Shown here piece by piece: positions 9,884 through 19,058 of a DNA stretch of 64,000 nt. The DNA is from Rhodospirillales bacterium (GTDB taxonomy: Bacteria > Pseudomonadota > Alphaproteobacteria > JAJFIK01). Below the pieces are notes generated by a model. That model saw only the letters and a list, made by a program, of their open reading frames with translations. It did no database searches and had not been told where the DNA came from. A program made the translations under genes and the position numbers. Within the stretch, counting starts at the first letter, position 1; each line of letters starts with the position of its first letter. Where the stretch lies: positions 2,014-66,013 of the forward strand of contig JAJFIK010000080.1 of NCBI GenBank assembly GCA_021775005.1. Reading direction: 5' to 3'.

Positions 9884-11797
9884 TCAAGCGCTGGGCTGCG
9901 CCTTGCGCGGCAACGCATCTTCATCATCGCGGAATTGAAGTTTAGCGAGCTTGGCGTAAAGGCCGCCGCGCGCCGTCAGGGTTTCATGGGTGCCTTCTTC
10001 GACAATCTCGCCCGCTTCCATAACGCAGATGCGATCCGCTTTGCGCACCGTGGCAAGGCGGTGGGCAATGGCAATGGTGGTGCGGCCTTCTTCCAACTTT
10101 TCAAGCGCCGCCTGCACCAGCCGCTCAGACTCTGCATCCAGGGCGCTGGTGGCTTCATCGAGCAGCAATATTGGCGCGTCCTTTAAGATAGCGCGAGCGA
10201 GGGAGATACGTTGGCGCTCCCCCCCTGAAAGCTTAAACCCGCGGTCGCCCACAAGGGTGTCATAGCCATCTGGCATGGCAGAAATAAAATCATGGGCGGC
10301 GGCGGCCTTCGCGGCGTCTGCAATTTCCGCATCGCTCGCATCCATACGCCCAAAAGCGATATTGGCGCGCACCGTATCATCGAACAGCACCACGTCCTGG
10401 CTCACCATGGCGACTGCGCCGCGTAAAGAGTCGAGCGTCACATCGCGCAAGTCCTGTCCGTCAATGCGCACCGTGCCTTCGCTCACATCGAAAAGGCGCG
10501 GGATCATATTAAACACAGTGGACTTGCCGGCACCGGATCGCCCCACCAGGGCGATGAGCGTGCCTGCGGGAATATCCAATGTGAGGTTTTTGAGCGCCCG
10601 TGTGCCGTCCTCATAAGCAAACCCGACGCCGTCAAATTCCACATGCCCGCCGCTGAGCGCGAGCGGCTTGGCGTGGGCGGCATCGACGATGCCAGGCTCT
10701 TCATCAAGTAAATCGAATATGCGCTGGATGGCGGCAAGGGCTTCTTGCAAGATAGCGTTGAAATTACCCACCGCGCGAATGGACTGCGCCGCCATCAGCA
10801 ATGCTGTTATGAACCCGGCCAAAGCAGCAAGCGAGCCCTCGCCGGTGGAGATGCGGTAGAGCGCAATGAGTAACACCCCCGCAACGGCAATGCCGCCGAG
10901 CACTTCAAGCACAGGGTCAAGCACCGCTTTGTTGCGAATGGCTTTAACGCGCAAGCGACGGTTTTGTTCAAACGCTTCGCCCGCACGGGCAGCTTCATAG
11001 TCTTCCAGGCCATAGGTCTTGACCATGCGTGCGCCAGCCAGGCTTTCGGTCAGAAGCGCGGTGATGTTACCCATCTGCTTTTGTGTGCGTTTTGAAACGT
11101 CTCGCATACGTTGGCCAATGCGCACAATGGGATAGGCCGCGATGGGATAGACCAGCAGCACCACCAGTGACAGCACCCAGTCGAGCCAGAACATGATCGC
11201 CACCAGCCCCACCAGTTGTACCGCGTCTCGTGCGGTGGTGGAGATGGACGACGCCAGCCCATTGCGAATGGCGTTCACATCATTGGTAAAGCGTGAAACC
11301 AATTGCCCCGTAGCGTCCCGCCCCATGCGCGCCAGGTCCGCCGCGAGCAGGTGGGCGTGCATGGCCTTCTGGAGATCAGTGATGACCCGCAGCACTGTGG
11401 TATTGAGCAACAAATTCTGGGTGTAGAGCGCCAGTCCGCGCGCCGCGGCTACGATGACCAGGGCCAGCGGCACGAGCCAGAGATACTTCAGTGTCAAAAG
11501 TTCACTGTCGCCATCGCTGGCATCGATCACTTCGACATCAGTAGCGGATGACCCTGCGGCTGCATCTGCGCCTGCGTCTGTTGCCGCCATTAGCGTATTC
11601 ACCATGAGCGTGATCATGGCGGGGTAGGCTGCGGTGGTCGCTGCGACCATGAGCATGGCAAAGACCGCCAGAACCAGAACGCGCCAATGGGGCGCGACCC
11701 AGTCGCGGGCAAACCGGCTCACCAATGCCCGCGTCGAGGCGTCAAACTCGAGGGGTGCTTTCGCAGCTTTGGATTGGGTCGATGGCGTGTCGTTCAC
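9884..11797 (-). CDS. ABC exporter, fused permease/ATPase (ABCB/MsbA-like)
   Basis: N-terminal 6-TM domain. NBD with Walker A GRSGAGKST, signature LSGGERQRISLARA, Walker B LLLDEATSALD, and H-loop. Confidence 0.9.
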   Translation of the reverse strand: MNDTPSTQSKAAKAPLEFDASTRALVSRFARDWVAPHWRVLVLAVFAMLMVAATTAAYPAMITLMVNTLMAATDAGADAAAGSSATDVEVIDASDGDSELLTLKYLWLVPLALVIVAAARGLALYTQNLLLNTTVLRVITDLQKAMHAHLLAADLARMGRDATGQLVSRFTNDVNAIRNGLASSISTTARDAVQLVGLVAIMFWLDWVLSLVVLLVYPIAAYPIVRIGQRMRDVSKRTQKQMGNITALLTESLAGARMVKTYGLEDYEAARAGEAFEQNRRLRVKAIRNKAVLDPVLEVLGGIAVAGVLLIALYRISTGEGSLAALAGFITALLMAAQSIRAVGNFNAILQEALAAIQRIFDLLDEEPGIVDAAHAKPLALSGGHVEFDGVGFAYEDGTRALKNLTLDIPAGTLIALVGRSGAGKSTVFNMIPRLFDVSEGTVRIDGQDLRDVTLDSLRGAVAMVSQDVVLFDDTVRANIAFGRMDASDAEIADAAKAAAAHDFISAMPDGYDTLVGDRGFKLSGGERQRISLARAILKDAPILLLDEATSALDAESERLVQAALEKLEEGRTTIAIAHRLATVRKADRICVMEAGEIVEEGTHETLTARGGLYAKLAKLQFRDDEDALPRKAQPSA

Positions 11798-11894
11798 AAA
11801 TGCGTCCTGTGTTGCCGTGTCCCCGCAAAACTAAGGGGGCCAGCGCGCTGCGCCAAGCCCCCATATTAACTCAGATTAAGGTTTGAATTTCAGA

Positions 11895-13832
11895 CTATTC
11901 AGCCCCAAACAGTACTTGCTCCAGAAACAGGGCGATGGCCTGGTACTGGAAGTCCCGATTGGATTTCTTCCGGAAGCCGTGACCTTCATCTGTGGCGAGC
12001 AAATACCAGGCCTCGCCGCCATTGGCTCTCACAGCCGCCAGCATCTGATCTGCTTCCCCTGCAGGGACGCGCGGATCGTTGAGCCCCTGGATGATAAAGA
12101 GCGGGCGGGAGATTGCTGACGCATTCGTCAGCGGTGAAATGGCTTCCAAATGTGCTCGCATTTCCGGGTCACGTTCATCGCCATATTCAGTGCGGCGCAA
12201 GTTGCGACGATAGCCTTGGGTGTTCTCCAGGAAGGTGACGAAGTTGGAAATACCTACCACGTCGATCCCGGCAGCCAAGCGATCATTGTAATGGACCATA
12301 GACGCCAGCACCATATAGCCGCCGTAAGAGCCGCCATAGATCACCACACGATCTGAATCCAACTCGCTCTGATCATCAATCCAGTCGAGCAATGCGCCAA
12401 TGTCGCGTACGGAATCTTCCCGCGCAAAGCCGTTGTCCAGCCCCACATAGGTTTTGCCGTAACCTGATGAGCCGCGCACGTTGGGGGCAATAATGGCGAT
12501 GCCCATTTCGCTGGCCCAGTATTGGAAGTTGGATGAGAACCGAGGGCGGAATTGGCTTTCCGGTCCGCCGTGGGCATAGATCATCACCGGGTGCGGGCCA
12601 TCACCCTCGGGGCGATAAATAAATGCTGGAACCTCTAGCCCATCAAACGATGTGTAGCTGATCAGTTCCGGCTCAACGAAGGTCGCAGTATCAAGTCCGC
12701 CCACTTCACTGTCGGTCCATTGCGTAAGTGCGCCGGTGGCGACCTCATAAGACCAGGCGTTGTCCGGCGCGGTGGCGGCATCAACGGTAAAGCCAATGTT
12801 TGCGCCAGTTGCGTCATAGGTCAGTCCGCTAATAACGGCCACAGGCACATCTGGCGTGGCCACAGTGGTGCCATCGGCAAGGGAGATGACACGCACTTCT
12901 GAAAGCCCGCCCGCGTTCACGGAAATCACCGCATGTTCGCCATCGGGGGAGATGTCAAAACTCTCAACGTTCCAGGGAATATCGGCGGTGAGTACCGCCA
13001 TTTCGCCAGAAGCAATATTAAAGCGCACGAGATCAAAGAACTCATCATTTTCATCGGAGGTGAAATAGATCGCAGAACCGTCTGCGGCAAACGCCGCATT
13101 GTCATAGGAGATGACTTGATCAACAGGGTTGATGAGCATCACTTCGCCTTCGGCCAAATTAAGCAGCGCGATTTCGCCCTCCAGCGAGGAGACATAATGG
13201 ATGATGATGGCGGTGCCATTGTCTGGTGAGATGTCGATGGGATACCAAAACCCGTCAGCCTCATGGACGATGCGGCGGTTTTCCGGGTCGTCGAAATCGG
13301 CCATCCAAATATTGTAATTGCCTTCGTTGTCACGAGGGGCCATCCAAATAAGGCCCGAGCCGTCATCGGTCTGTACTGGCTCAATATTGCGCAACTCTGG
13401 ATCTGTGAGTTGTGTTTGCACCCCGGTTGCGAGGTCATAGAGATAGAGCTGATAGCGCTCATTCCCGCCCACATCTTTGGAGAAAATAATTTGGCTATCG
13501 TGCCCGTTGCGTGATCCTGCGCCGGCGATGGGCTCTGGGAAAAATGTGATCTGCCGCCGCATGCCCATGGGCGTGGCCACATGGTGCACTTGCGATGTTT
13601 CGCCAAAGCGCGTGGAAATTAAGATGCCGTTGCCGCCAGGGGCCCAATCGCTAAACGCAGCAATGCGCGCGTTTTGAAACTGATTGATGCGATCAATCAA
13701 CGAGGTCGGTATGTCCGGCACGCCTTCGATCACCAGATTGCCGCGCTCGATGCGCTCAGGCGCTTCTTGTGCGAATAAAGAGGGTGCAGCTAAAACTGCC
13801 GCCAGCCCCAGTACAATTGCCGAAAAACGCAT
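11895..13832 (-). CDS. S9-family serine peptidase (prolyl oligopeptidase/dipeptidyl aminopeptidase type) with N-terminal beta-propeller, secreted
   Basis: GGSYGGY nucleophile elbow plus a C-terminal D/H region. Signal peptide MRFSAIVLGLAAVLAAPSLFA with GGAG RBS. Start taken at codon 23 of the ORF-track ORF. Confidence 0.85.
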   Translation of the reverse strand: MRFSAIVLGLAAVLAAPSLFAQEAPERIERGNLVIEGVPDIPTSLIDRINQFQNARIAAFSDWAPGGNGILISTRFGETSQVHHVATPMGMRRQITFFPEPIAGAGSRNGHDSQIIFSKDVGGNERYQLYLYDLATGVQTQLTDPELRNIEPVQTDDGSGLIWMAPRDNEGNYNIWMADFDDPENRRIVHEADGFWYPIDISPDNGTAIIIHYVSSLEGEIALLNLAEGEVMLINPVDQVISYDNAAFAADGSAIYFTSDENDEFFDLVRFNIASGEMAVLTADIPWNVESFDISPDGEHAVISVNAGGLSEVRVISLADGTTVATPDVPVAVISGLTYDATGANIGFTVDAATAPDNAWSYEVATGALTQWTDSEVGGLDTATFVEPELISYTSFDGLEVPAFIYRPEGDGPHPVMIYAHGGPESQFRPRFSSNFQYWASEMGIAIIAPNVRGSSGYGKTYVGLDNGFAREDSVRDIGALLDWIDDQSELDSDRVVIYGGSYGGYMVLASMVHYNDRLAAGIDVVGISNFVTFLENTQGYRRNLRRTEYGDERDPEMRAHLEAISPLTNASAISRPLFIIQGLNDPRVPAGEADQMLAAVRANGGEAWYLLATDEGHGFRKKSNRDFQYQAIALFLEQVLFGAE

Positions 13833-13928
13833 ATTCATCTCCCTCATCCCATTGATGCGGCGGCACTGTGGGAGAGACCGCGCCCCAGCGCAAGTCACAA
13901 TGGGGGCAGAGCGCTGTGACTTGTGTGT

Positions 13929-14849
13929 TTAGGCCAAGCAGGCGGCAGCAAAGTTCGCGACCACTTGAATGGTACGATCTACATCGGCCTGAGAGGCGGC
14001 CAAGGCGGGGTTCACTTCAGCCAGGTCGAGCGCCACCAAGCGGCGGGTCTTGCTGACAAAATCAGCCAGCTCGTCAAGGTCCGCAATAGTAAGCCCGCCA
14101 GGGACCGGAACGCCGGTGGCGGGGGCGACCTCAGGATCGACCGAATCCACATCAAAGCTAATGTGAATCGGGTGGCGTCCTTCAGGATCAATATCACTGA
14201 GGGCCTTGCGCACCACAGCGCGCATGCCGAACTCGCGCACATCATCTGCGGAGTAATAAGGAATGCTGCGATCGTCGATGGCCAAAACCTCGCTTTGGTC
14301 CAAATCACGCACACCAATGAACGCGAGTTGATTGGGCCGCAGCCGCGCCCCGACAAAACCGATGCCGGGCACATCGCGCTGGCTGAATAATCCCAAGTGT
14401 GCCGCCAGCGGCATGCCGTGTAAATTTCCGCTGGGAGATGTTTCCGGCGTATTGATATCGCCATGGGCATCCACATACAAAATGCGCGCCTCTGGGTAGG
14501 TGCGCAAAACCCCTTCGATAGTGGAAAGCGCAATGGAATGATCACCGCCCAGGGTCAATACACGGCGATCGCGGCTAAGGCTGCGCTCGACTTCATCGGC
14601 AAGCATCGCAAGGGCTGGCAGGAGGCCGATTTCATGATCGGAAACAGTGATGCCGGCATCGGAGAGCAAATTGGCATTGCGCAAGTCTGCCTCAACCCCG
14701 CCGTGCCACAAATGTTCAGGGCCTTGTTCGACCCCGCCTTTGCGCTGGCCGCGGCCAACCTTTGCAAACAGGACCTCCAGCGGCTTTGAGGCGTGAGTGG
14801 GCAGGCCGGTGTTCAGACCTTTTGGCGTTTTATGCATGTCCATAGCCAT
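13929..14849 (-). CDS. rocF: Arginase
   Basis: Arginase/ureohydrolase Mn-binding motifs GGDHSIAL, DAHGDINTPETSPSGNLHGMP and SFDVDSVDP are present. Confidence 0.85.
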   Translation of the reverse strand: MAMDMHKTPKGLNTGLPTHASKPLEVLFAKVGRGQRKGGVEQGPEHLWHGGVEADLRNANLLSDAGITVSDHEIGLLPALAMLADEVERSLSRDRRVLTLGGDHSIALSTIEGVLRTYPEARILYVDAHGDINTPETSPSGNLHGMPLAAHLGLFSQRDVPGIGFVGARLRPNQLAFIGVRDLDQSEVLAIDDRSIPYYSADDVREFGMRAVVRKALSDIDPEGRHPIHISFDVDSVDPEVAPATGVPVPGGLTIADLDELADFVSKTRRLVALDLAEVNPALAASQADVDRTIQVVANFAAACLA

Positions 14850-14854
14850 TGCGC

Positions 14855-16099
14855 CTAACCTGCTTTCGCTTCGCCGGATTTCGGCAAAAGTTCATTTTCA
14901 AGTTCGCGAATGACAACGCGGAATTGCTCCACCCCCCAATCAAGATCATCTTCAGAGATCATCAATGGCGGCGCAAAGCGCACGACTGTTTCGTGGGTTT
15001 CTTTGGATAGAACCCCGCGCGCCATGAGCCGCTCGCACACGAGCCGCGCTGGAGCAAAGTTGGGGTCAATCTCAACGCCGACCCAAAGGCCAGCGCCGCG
15101 CACATCTTGTACCAGCGGCGAATTCATCGCGCGGAGTTTCTGTTTCATTTTTGCGCCCAACGTCGCGCTGCGCTCGGTGAGGTTTTCTTCCTCAATGACC
15201 ACGAGGGCTTCATGCGCCACCGCTGCGGCGAGGGGGTTACCGCCAAAGGTCGACCCGTGACTGCCCGGATCGAACATGTCCATGACCTCGTCTGTGGAAC
15301 AAAACGCCGATACAGGGAGCAAGCCCCCGCCGAGGGCTTTGCCAAGGATCAAACCGTCGGGTTTGATGTCTTCATATTGATGCGCAAACAATTTGCCGGT
15401 GCGGCCAAGGCCGGTCTGAATCTCATCAAGGATCATCAGGCAATTTTGTTCGGTGCAGAGGGCGCGCAGGTCTTTCAAAAAACCCTTGGGCGGCATCACG
15501 ATGCCGGCTTCGCCCTGGATCGGCTCCATAAGCACTGCTGCGGTGTTGGGGCCCATGGCCGCTTTCACCGCTTCGATGTCGCCGAAGGGCACGAGCTTGA
15601 ACCCAGCCGCGAAGGGGCCAAAATCTTCTTTGTATTCTTCGTCGGCTGAAAACCCGATCACCGTCGTGGTGCGACCATGGAAATTTCCCTCAGCAACGAT
15701 GATCTCAGCCTGGTCTTTGGGAATGCCTTTGACGCGATAGCCCCAACGCCGCGCGGCCTTGATGGCGGTTTCCACTGCTTCAACACCGGTATTCATGGGC
15801 AGCGCCCGCGGCAAGCCCGTCATATGGGTGAGTTTTTTGAGAAACGGCCCCAGGGGCTTGGCGTGAAAGGCGCGGCTGACGATGGCCAGCTCAGAGGCCT
15901 GATCGGCAAGGGCCTTCAGCAGCCGAGGGTGGCCATGACCGTGACTTACAGCGGAATAGGCACTCATCATATCGAGGTATTTATTGCCTGCGGTGTCCCA
16001 CAGCCAGGCACCTTCGCCGCGCGCGATGACCACTGGCAGCGGCAAATAATTCGCTGCGCCAAATTTGGTTTCTAGATCGATGAACGAGGTCTCGGACAT
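14855..16099 (-). CDS. rocD: Ornithine--oxo-acid aminotransferase (class III PLP aminotransferase)
   Basis: Class III aminotransferase with PLP-lysine region. The N-terminus and length (414 aa) are typical of ornithine aminotransferase. It lies 5 nt upstream of arginase in the same orientation. Confidence 0.8.
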   Translation of the reverse strand: MSETSFIDLETKFGAANYLPLPVVIARGEGAWLWDTAGNKYLDMMSAYSAVSHGHGHPRLLKALADQASELAIVSRAFHAKPLGPFLKKLTHMTGLPRALPMNTGVEAVETAIKAARRWGYRVKGIPKDQAEIIVAEGNFHGRTTTVIGFSADEEYKEDFGPFAAGFKLVPFGDIEAVKAAMGPNTAAVLMEPIQGEAGIVMPPKGFLKDLRALCTEQNCLMILDEIQTGLGRTGKLFAHQYEDIKPDGLILGKALGGGLLPVSAFCSTDEVMDMFDPGSHGSTFGGNPLAAAVAHEALVVIEEENLTERSATLGAKMKQKLRAMNSPLVQDVRGAGLWVGVEIDPNFAPARLVCERLMARGVLSKETHETVVRFAPPLMISEDDLDWGVEQFRVVIRELENELLPKSGEAKAG

Positions 16100-16234
16100 G
16101 GATGGGATCCCTGTGGAATTTAGATCAAAGCAAGGGCCGAATATGGCTGCCCTTTGCCAAAATGACTGTCCAAAGATACCCTCCTGAGCAGAAGAATATC
16201 CTTCAAATCACTATTTTTAAGGATGATTGTCTTA

Positions 16235-16717
16235 TTATTCAGAAGAATGTGCGGTTTGGGGCAAGGGGATGCCGGAATAGGGAAGCACATTCCGCATCAC
16301 TACATTACTCACAATCTGGCCGACCCCCAGCTCTGGATGGTCGATAAGTGCCTCAGTGAGAACCTGATAGGCCTCAATGTCTTGCGCCATAAAGCGCACC
16401 AGATAATCGTATTGGCCGCTCAGCTCAGCGCATTCCACCACTTCAGGCAGGGATTTGAGGTGCGCTTCAAAATCTCGCTGGCCCTGGCGGCCGTGGCGCT
16501 CCAGCGCAATGAGGGCGAAAACCGTTAGCGGCCGTCCAAGTTTTTCCGGTTTTAGCACCGCGCGATACCCGGTGATAAAGCCTTCTGATTCGAGCCGCCG
16601 CACGCGGGTGTGGCAAGCGCTCGCTGAGAGACCAACTCGATCTGCAAGTTTTTGATTGGTTAGTCGTCCTTCGGCTTGAAGGGCGCTTAGTATCTTTAGG
16701 TCGATGCCGTCCAGCAC
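16235..16717 (-). CDS. Lrp/AsnC-family transcriptional regulator
   Basis: N-terminal HTH (DLKILSALQAEGRLTNQKLADRVGLSASACHTRVRRLE) followed by an RAM domain. It sits upstream of the rocD-arginase unit. Confidence 0.85.
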   Translation of the reverse strand: MLDGIDLKILSALQAEGRLTNQKLADRVGLSASACHTRVRRLESEGFITGYRAVLKPEKLGRPLTVFALIALERHGRQGQRDFEAHLKSLPEVVECAELSGQYDYLVRFMAQDIEAYQVLTEALIDHPELGVGQIVSNVVMRNVLPYSGIPLPQTAHSSE

Positions 16718-16803
16718 AGGAAGCTCCGTTGCGAGTGCGAGCGAATACGATAGGGTCCAGCGATCATAGCAGCATTATGGGCATCAAGTATAAGGCATGG
16801 GGC

Positions 16804-18210
16804 ATGGCGAATCGGTCGCAAGTTTTAAAGGCGGCACTTAGGCAATTGGAGGCGGGCAAGCCCACAGGCGCGCTGGATTTGCTGGCCCCTTGGATCGAGG
16901 CCCATCCCGATGACGCGGATGCCCATGCCCTCAAGGGCCAAGCCTATTCCGCGCAAGGGGGCCTGGCTGAGGCCCTTAAAGCGTTTGAGGCCGCCGTGCG
17001 CCTTCGACCTGACCGCGCCGGGTTCAAATTCAACCTCGGCATGGCCTATCTCGCCGCGGGTCGAAACCAGGACGCTGCCGACACGCTTGCGTCCTTGGCG
17101 GATGATCAGAGCCAAGATGCTGCGCTCCTTGAAGCCCTTGGGACCGCTTATCTCGGCCTCCGCGATCCTGACACAGCAAAGGCCTATCTGAGCCGTGCCT
17201 TAGCAGTAGAGCCCAAAAGCCCCAGCGCGCTAACCCATCTGGGTGATGCCTTTCAACGCAGCGGGGACGGGGCCAAAGCGCAGGGGCTCTATCGCCAAGC
17301 ATTGGCGGTGGCTCCAACTTTTGTCCCCGCGCTGAACAATCTTGGTGCCGCGTTGACTGACGGCGGTGACTATGGCGAAGCCCAAACTTTGCTACAGCGC
17401 GCCGTGGGTGTTGATCCGCGTCATACCCGAGCGATCATCAATTTGGGTATGGCGCAGCTCCATATGGGCCGCTTGAAAGAAGCGCTTACGTGCTTTGAGA
17501 CCTGTTTGCGCCTTGATCCGCTCAATCGCTGGGGCATCGCCTATCGCGACTTGACGCGACTGCAACTGGGCCAGCTTAACCCGCAAACCTTTACCGAGCA
17601 GCTTGAGCCGCTCATAACCCAAGAAGATCTTGCCGCGCCCTATAGCTCTTTTGCGCAAGACTTGGCGGCAGAGGTCGTGGCCCATCCCAATCGGCGCTGG
17701 GATGTTTCAGGAACCGCCACAACGAACGGGTATGATGCGCTTGATCTCTTCGCCCACCAGGGGGCCGCACTGAAGGCGTTTGAAACCCTGCTCCGGGCGG
17801 CCATCGATCGGCGCATTTCCGCAATGCCGTTCGAGCGTGGCCATCCGCTAATGGGCTGGAAACCGGAAGACTATCGCCTCGATATATGGGCCACGTTTCT
17901 TCGTAACGGCGGCTATCAATATGCCCATATTCACCCCACGGGATGGCTCTCAGGGGTCTATTACGTGCAACTGCCCACCGCGGGCGGGGCAACTGCCATG
18001 GGGGCGGGCGGCGGCAACAAAGATCTTGCCGGGTGGATTGAATTTGGCCCACCGGACCAAGCGTTCCCGGCCCCCATTCAACCCGAACCCTTGCATTTTG
18101 AGCCGCGTGTAGGGCGACTCTTCCTTTTCCCCAGCTATGCCTATCATCGCACTATTCCTTTTACGGGGGACACGGACCGCATTTCCATCGCCTTTGATGT
18201 GCGCCCGTGA
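16804..18210 (+). CDS. TPR-repeat protein fused to a putative 2OG-Fe(II) oxygenase domain (PF13759-like)
   Basis: About six TPR units occupy the N-terminal 270 aa. The C-terminus carries HIHPTGWLSGVYYVQLP ... GRLFLFPSYAYHRTIPF ... RISIAFDV, which matches the 2OG-FeII_Oxy_5 signature. Start set to ATG at 16804 (AAGG RBS); the ORF track begins at a TTG 75 nt upstream. Confidence 0.6.
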   Translation: MANRSQVLKAALRQLEAGKPTGALDLLAPWIEAHPDDADAHALKGQAYSAQGGLAEALKAFEAAVRLRPDRAGFKFNLGMAYLAAGRNQDAADTLASLADDQSQDAALLEALGTAYLGLRDPDTAKAYLSRALAVEPKSPSALTHLGDAFQRSGDGAKAQGLYRQALAVAPTFVPALNNLGAALTDGGDYGEAQTLLQRAVGVDPRHTRAIINLGMAQLHMGRLKEALTCFETCLRLDPLNRWGIAYRDLTRLQLGQLNPQTFTEQLEPLITQEDLAAPYSSFAQDLAAEVVAHPNRRWDVSGTATTNGYDALDLFAHQGAALKAFETLLRAAIDRRISAMPFERGHPLMGWKPEDYRLDIWATFLRNGGYQYAHIHPTGWLSGVYYVQLPTAGGATAMGAGGGNKDLAGWIEFGPPDQAFPAPIQPEPLHFEPRVGRLFLFPSYAYHRTIPFTGDTDRISIAFDVRP

Positions 18211-18354
18211 ATGACTGCTGGGTTCCGCCACCCTCGGGTGTGGCAAATAAATAATGAATGCCTGTTGATCCGACCCGGAAAACCAAATAGATGCGGGCGC
18301 CTGAGCCGTGTCAACGACTCAGCTAGTGTCCACCGGACCGGAAAGTGGAAGCAG

Positions 18355-19035
18355 ATGTCTGGAAACAATCCGTTTACGAGTTTGTTTGGCCGATCTCCCT
18401 TCAAACCCATTCAAGAACATATGCGCACCGTCAATCAAAGTGTTGTCGAAGTCGGCACGTTGTTTGAAGCGCTGTGTGCTGGTGACCGGGAGACTCTGAA
18501 AGCGACCCAACAGAAAATTTTCAAGTTGGAAAGCGAAGCCGACACAATCAAAAATCAGTTGCGTGCTCACTTGCCCAAAAGCCTTTTCATGCCGGTTGAT
18601 CGGCGTGACCTGCTTGAAGTTCTTGACTTGCAAGATTCCATTGCTGACACGGCGCAGGATATTGCAGGCCTTTTGGTCGAACGGGATATGCAAGTCATGC
18701 CCGGCATGGCTGAGCCGCTTATGGCACTGGTTCGTCGCAATATTGACGCAAGTGCGCTTGCAACCAAAATCATTGAGCGACTTGATGAGTTGGTGGAAAC
18801 CGGGTTTCGCGGACCAGAGTCCGATGCGGTGATCCAGATGGTGGATCAGCTCAACAAAATTGAAACCGATACCGATCGCATGGGCCTGGAGCTGGCCCGC
18901 AGCCTTTTCCTGCATGAGGATGAGATGAAACCCGTTTCTGTGATGATGTGGTACGACCTCATCTCCATGATCGGGAACCTTGCTGATTATTCTGAAAAAG
19001 TCGGAAACCGTTTGCGGTTGATGCTCGCGCGCTAG
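18355..19035 (+). CDS. DUF47/TIGR00153-family protein (PhoU-like accessory protein of PiT transporters)
   Basis: The helical-bundle, PhoU-like sequence is characteristically located immediately upstream of a PiT gene. Start at MSGNNPF (codon 49 of the ORF-track ORF). Confidence 0.8.
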   Translation: MSGNNPFTSLFGRSPFKPIQEHMRTVNQSVVEVGTLFEALCAGDRETLKATQQKIFKLESEADTIKNQLRAHLPKSLFMPVDRRDLLEVLDLQDSIADTAQDIAGLLVERDMQVMPGMAEPLMALVRRNIDASALATKIIERLDELVETGFRGPESDAVIQMVDQLNKIETDTDRMGLELARSLFLHEDEMKPVSVMMWYDLISMIGNLADYSEKVGNRLRLMLAR

Positions 19036-19058
19036 GCGCCCTCCAAAGGGATTGGGTC

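Noticed and set aside
13840-13870. Apparent 1-nt frame inconsistency between my manual reading and the ORF track near the S9 peptidase start (a possible frameshift or pseudogene)
   Set aside because: The ORF track gives a continuous 667-aa ORF, and an independent plus-strand ORF agrees with it. The discrepancy is most likely my own counting error, so there is no evidence of a pseudogene.
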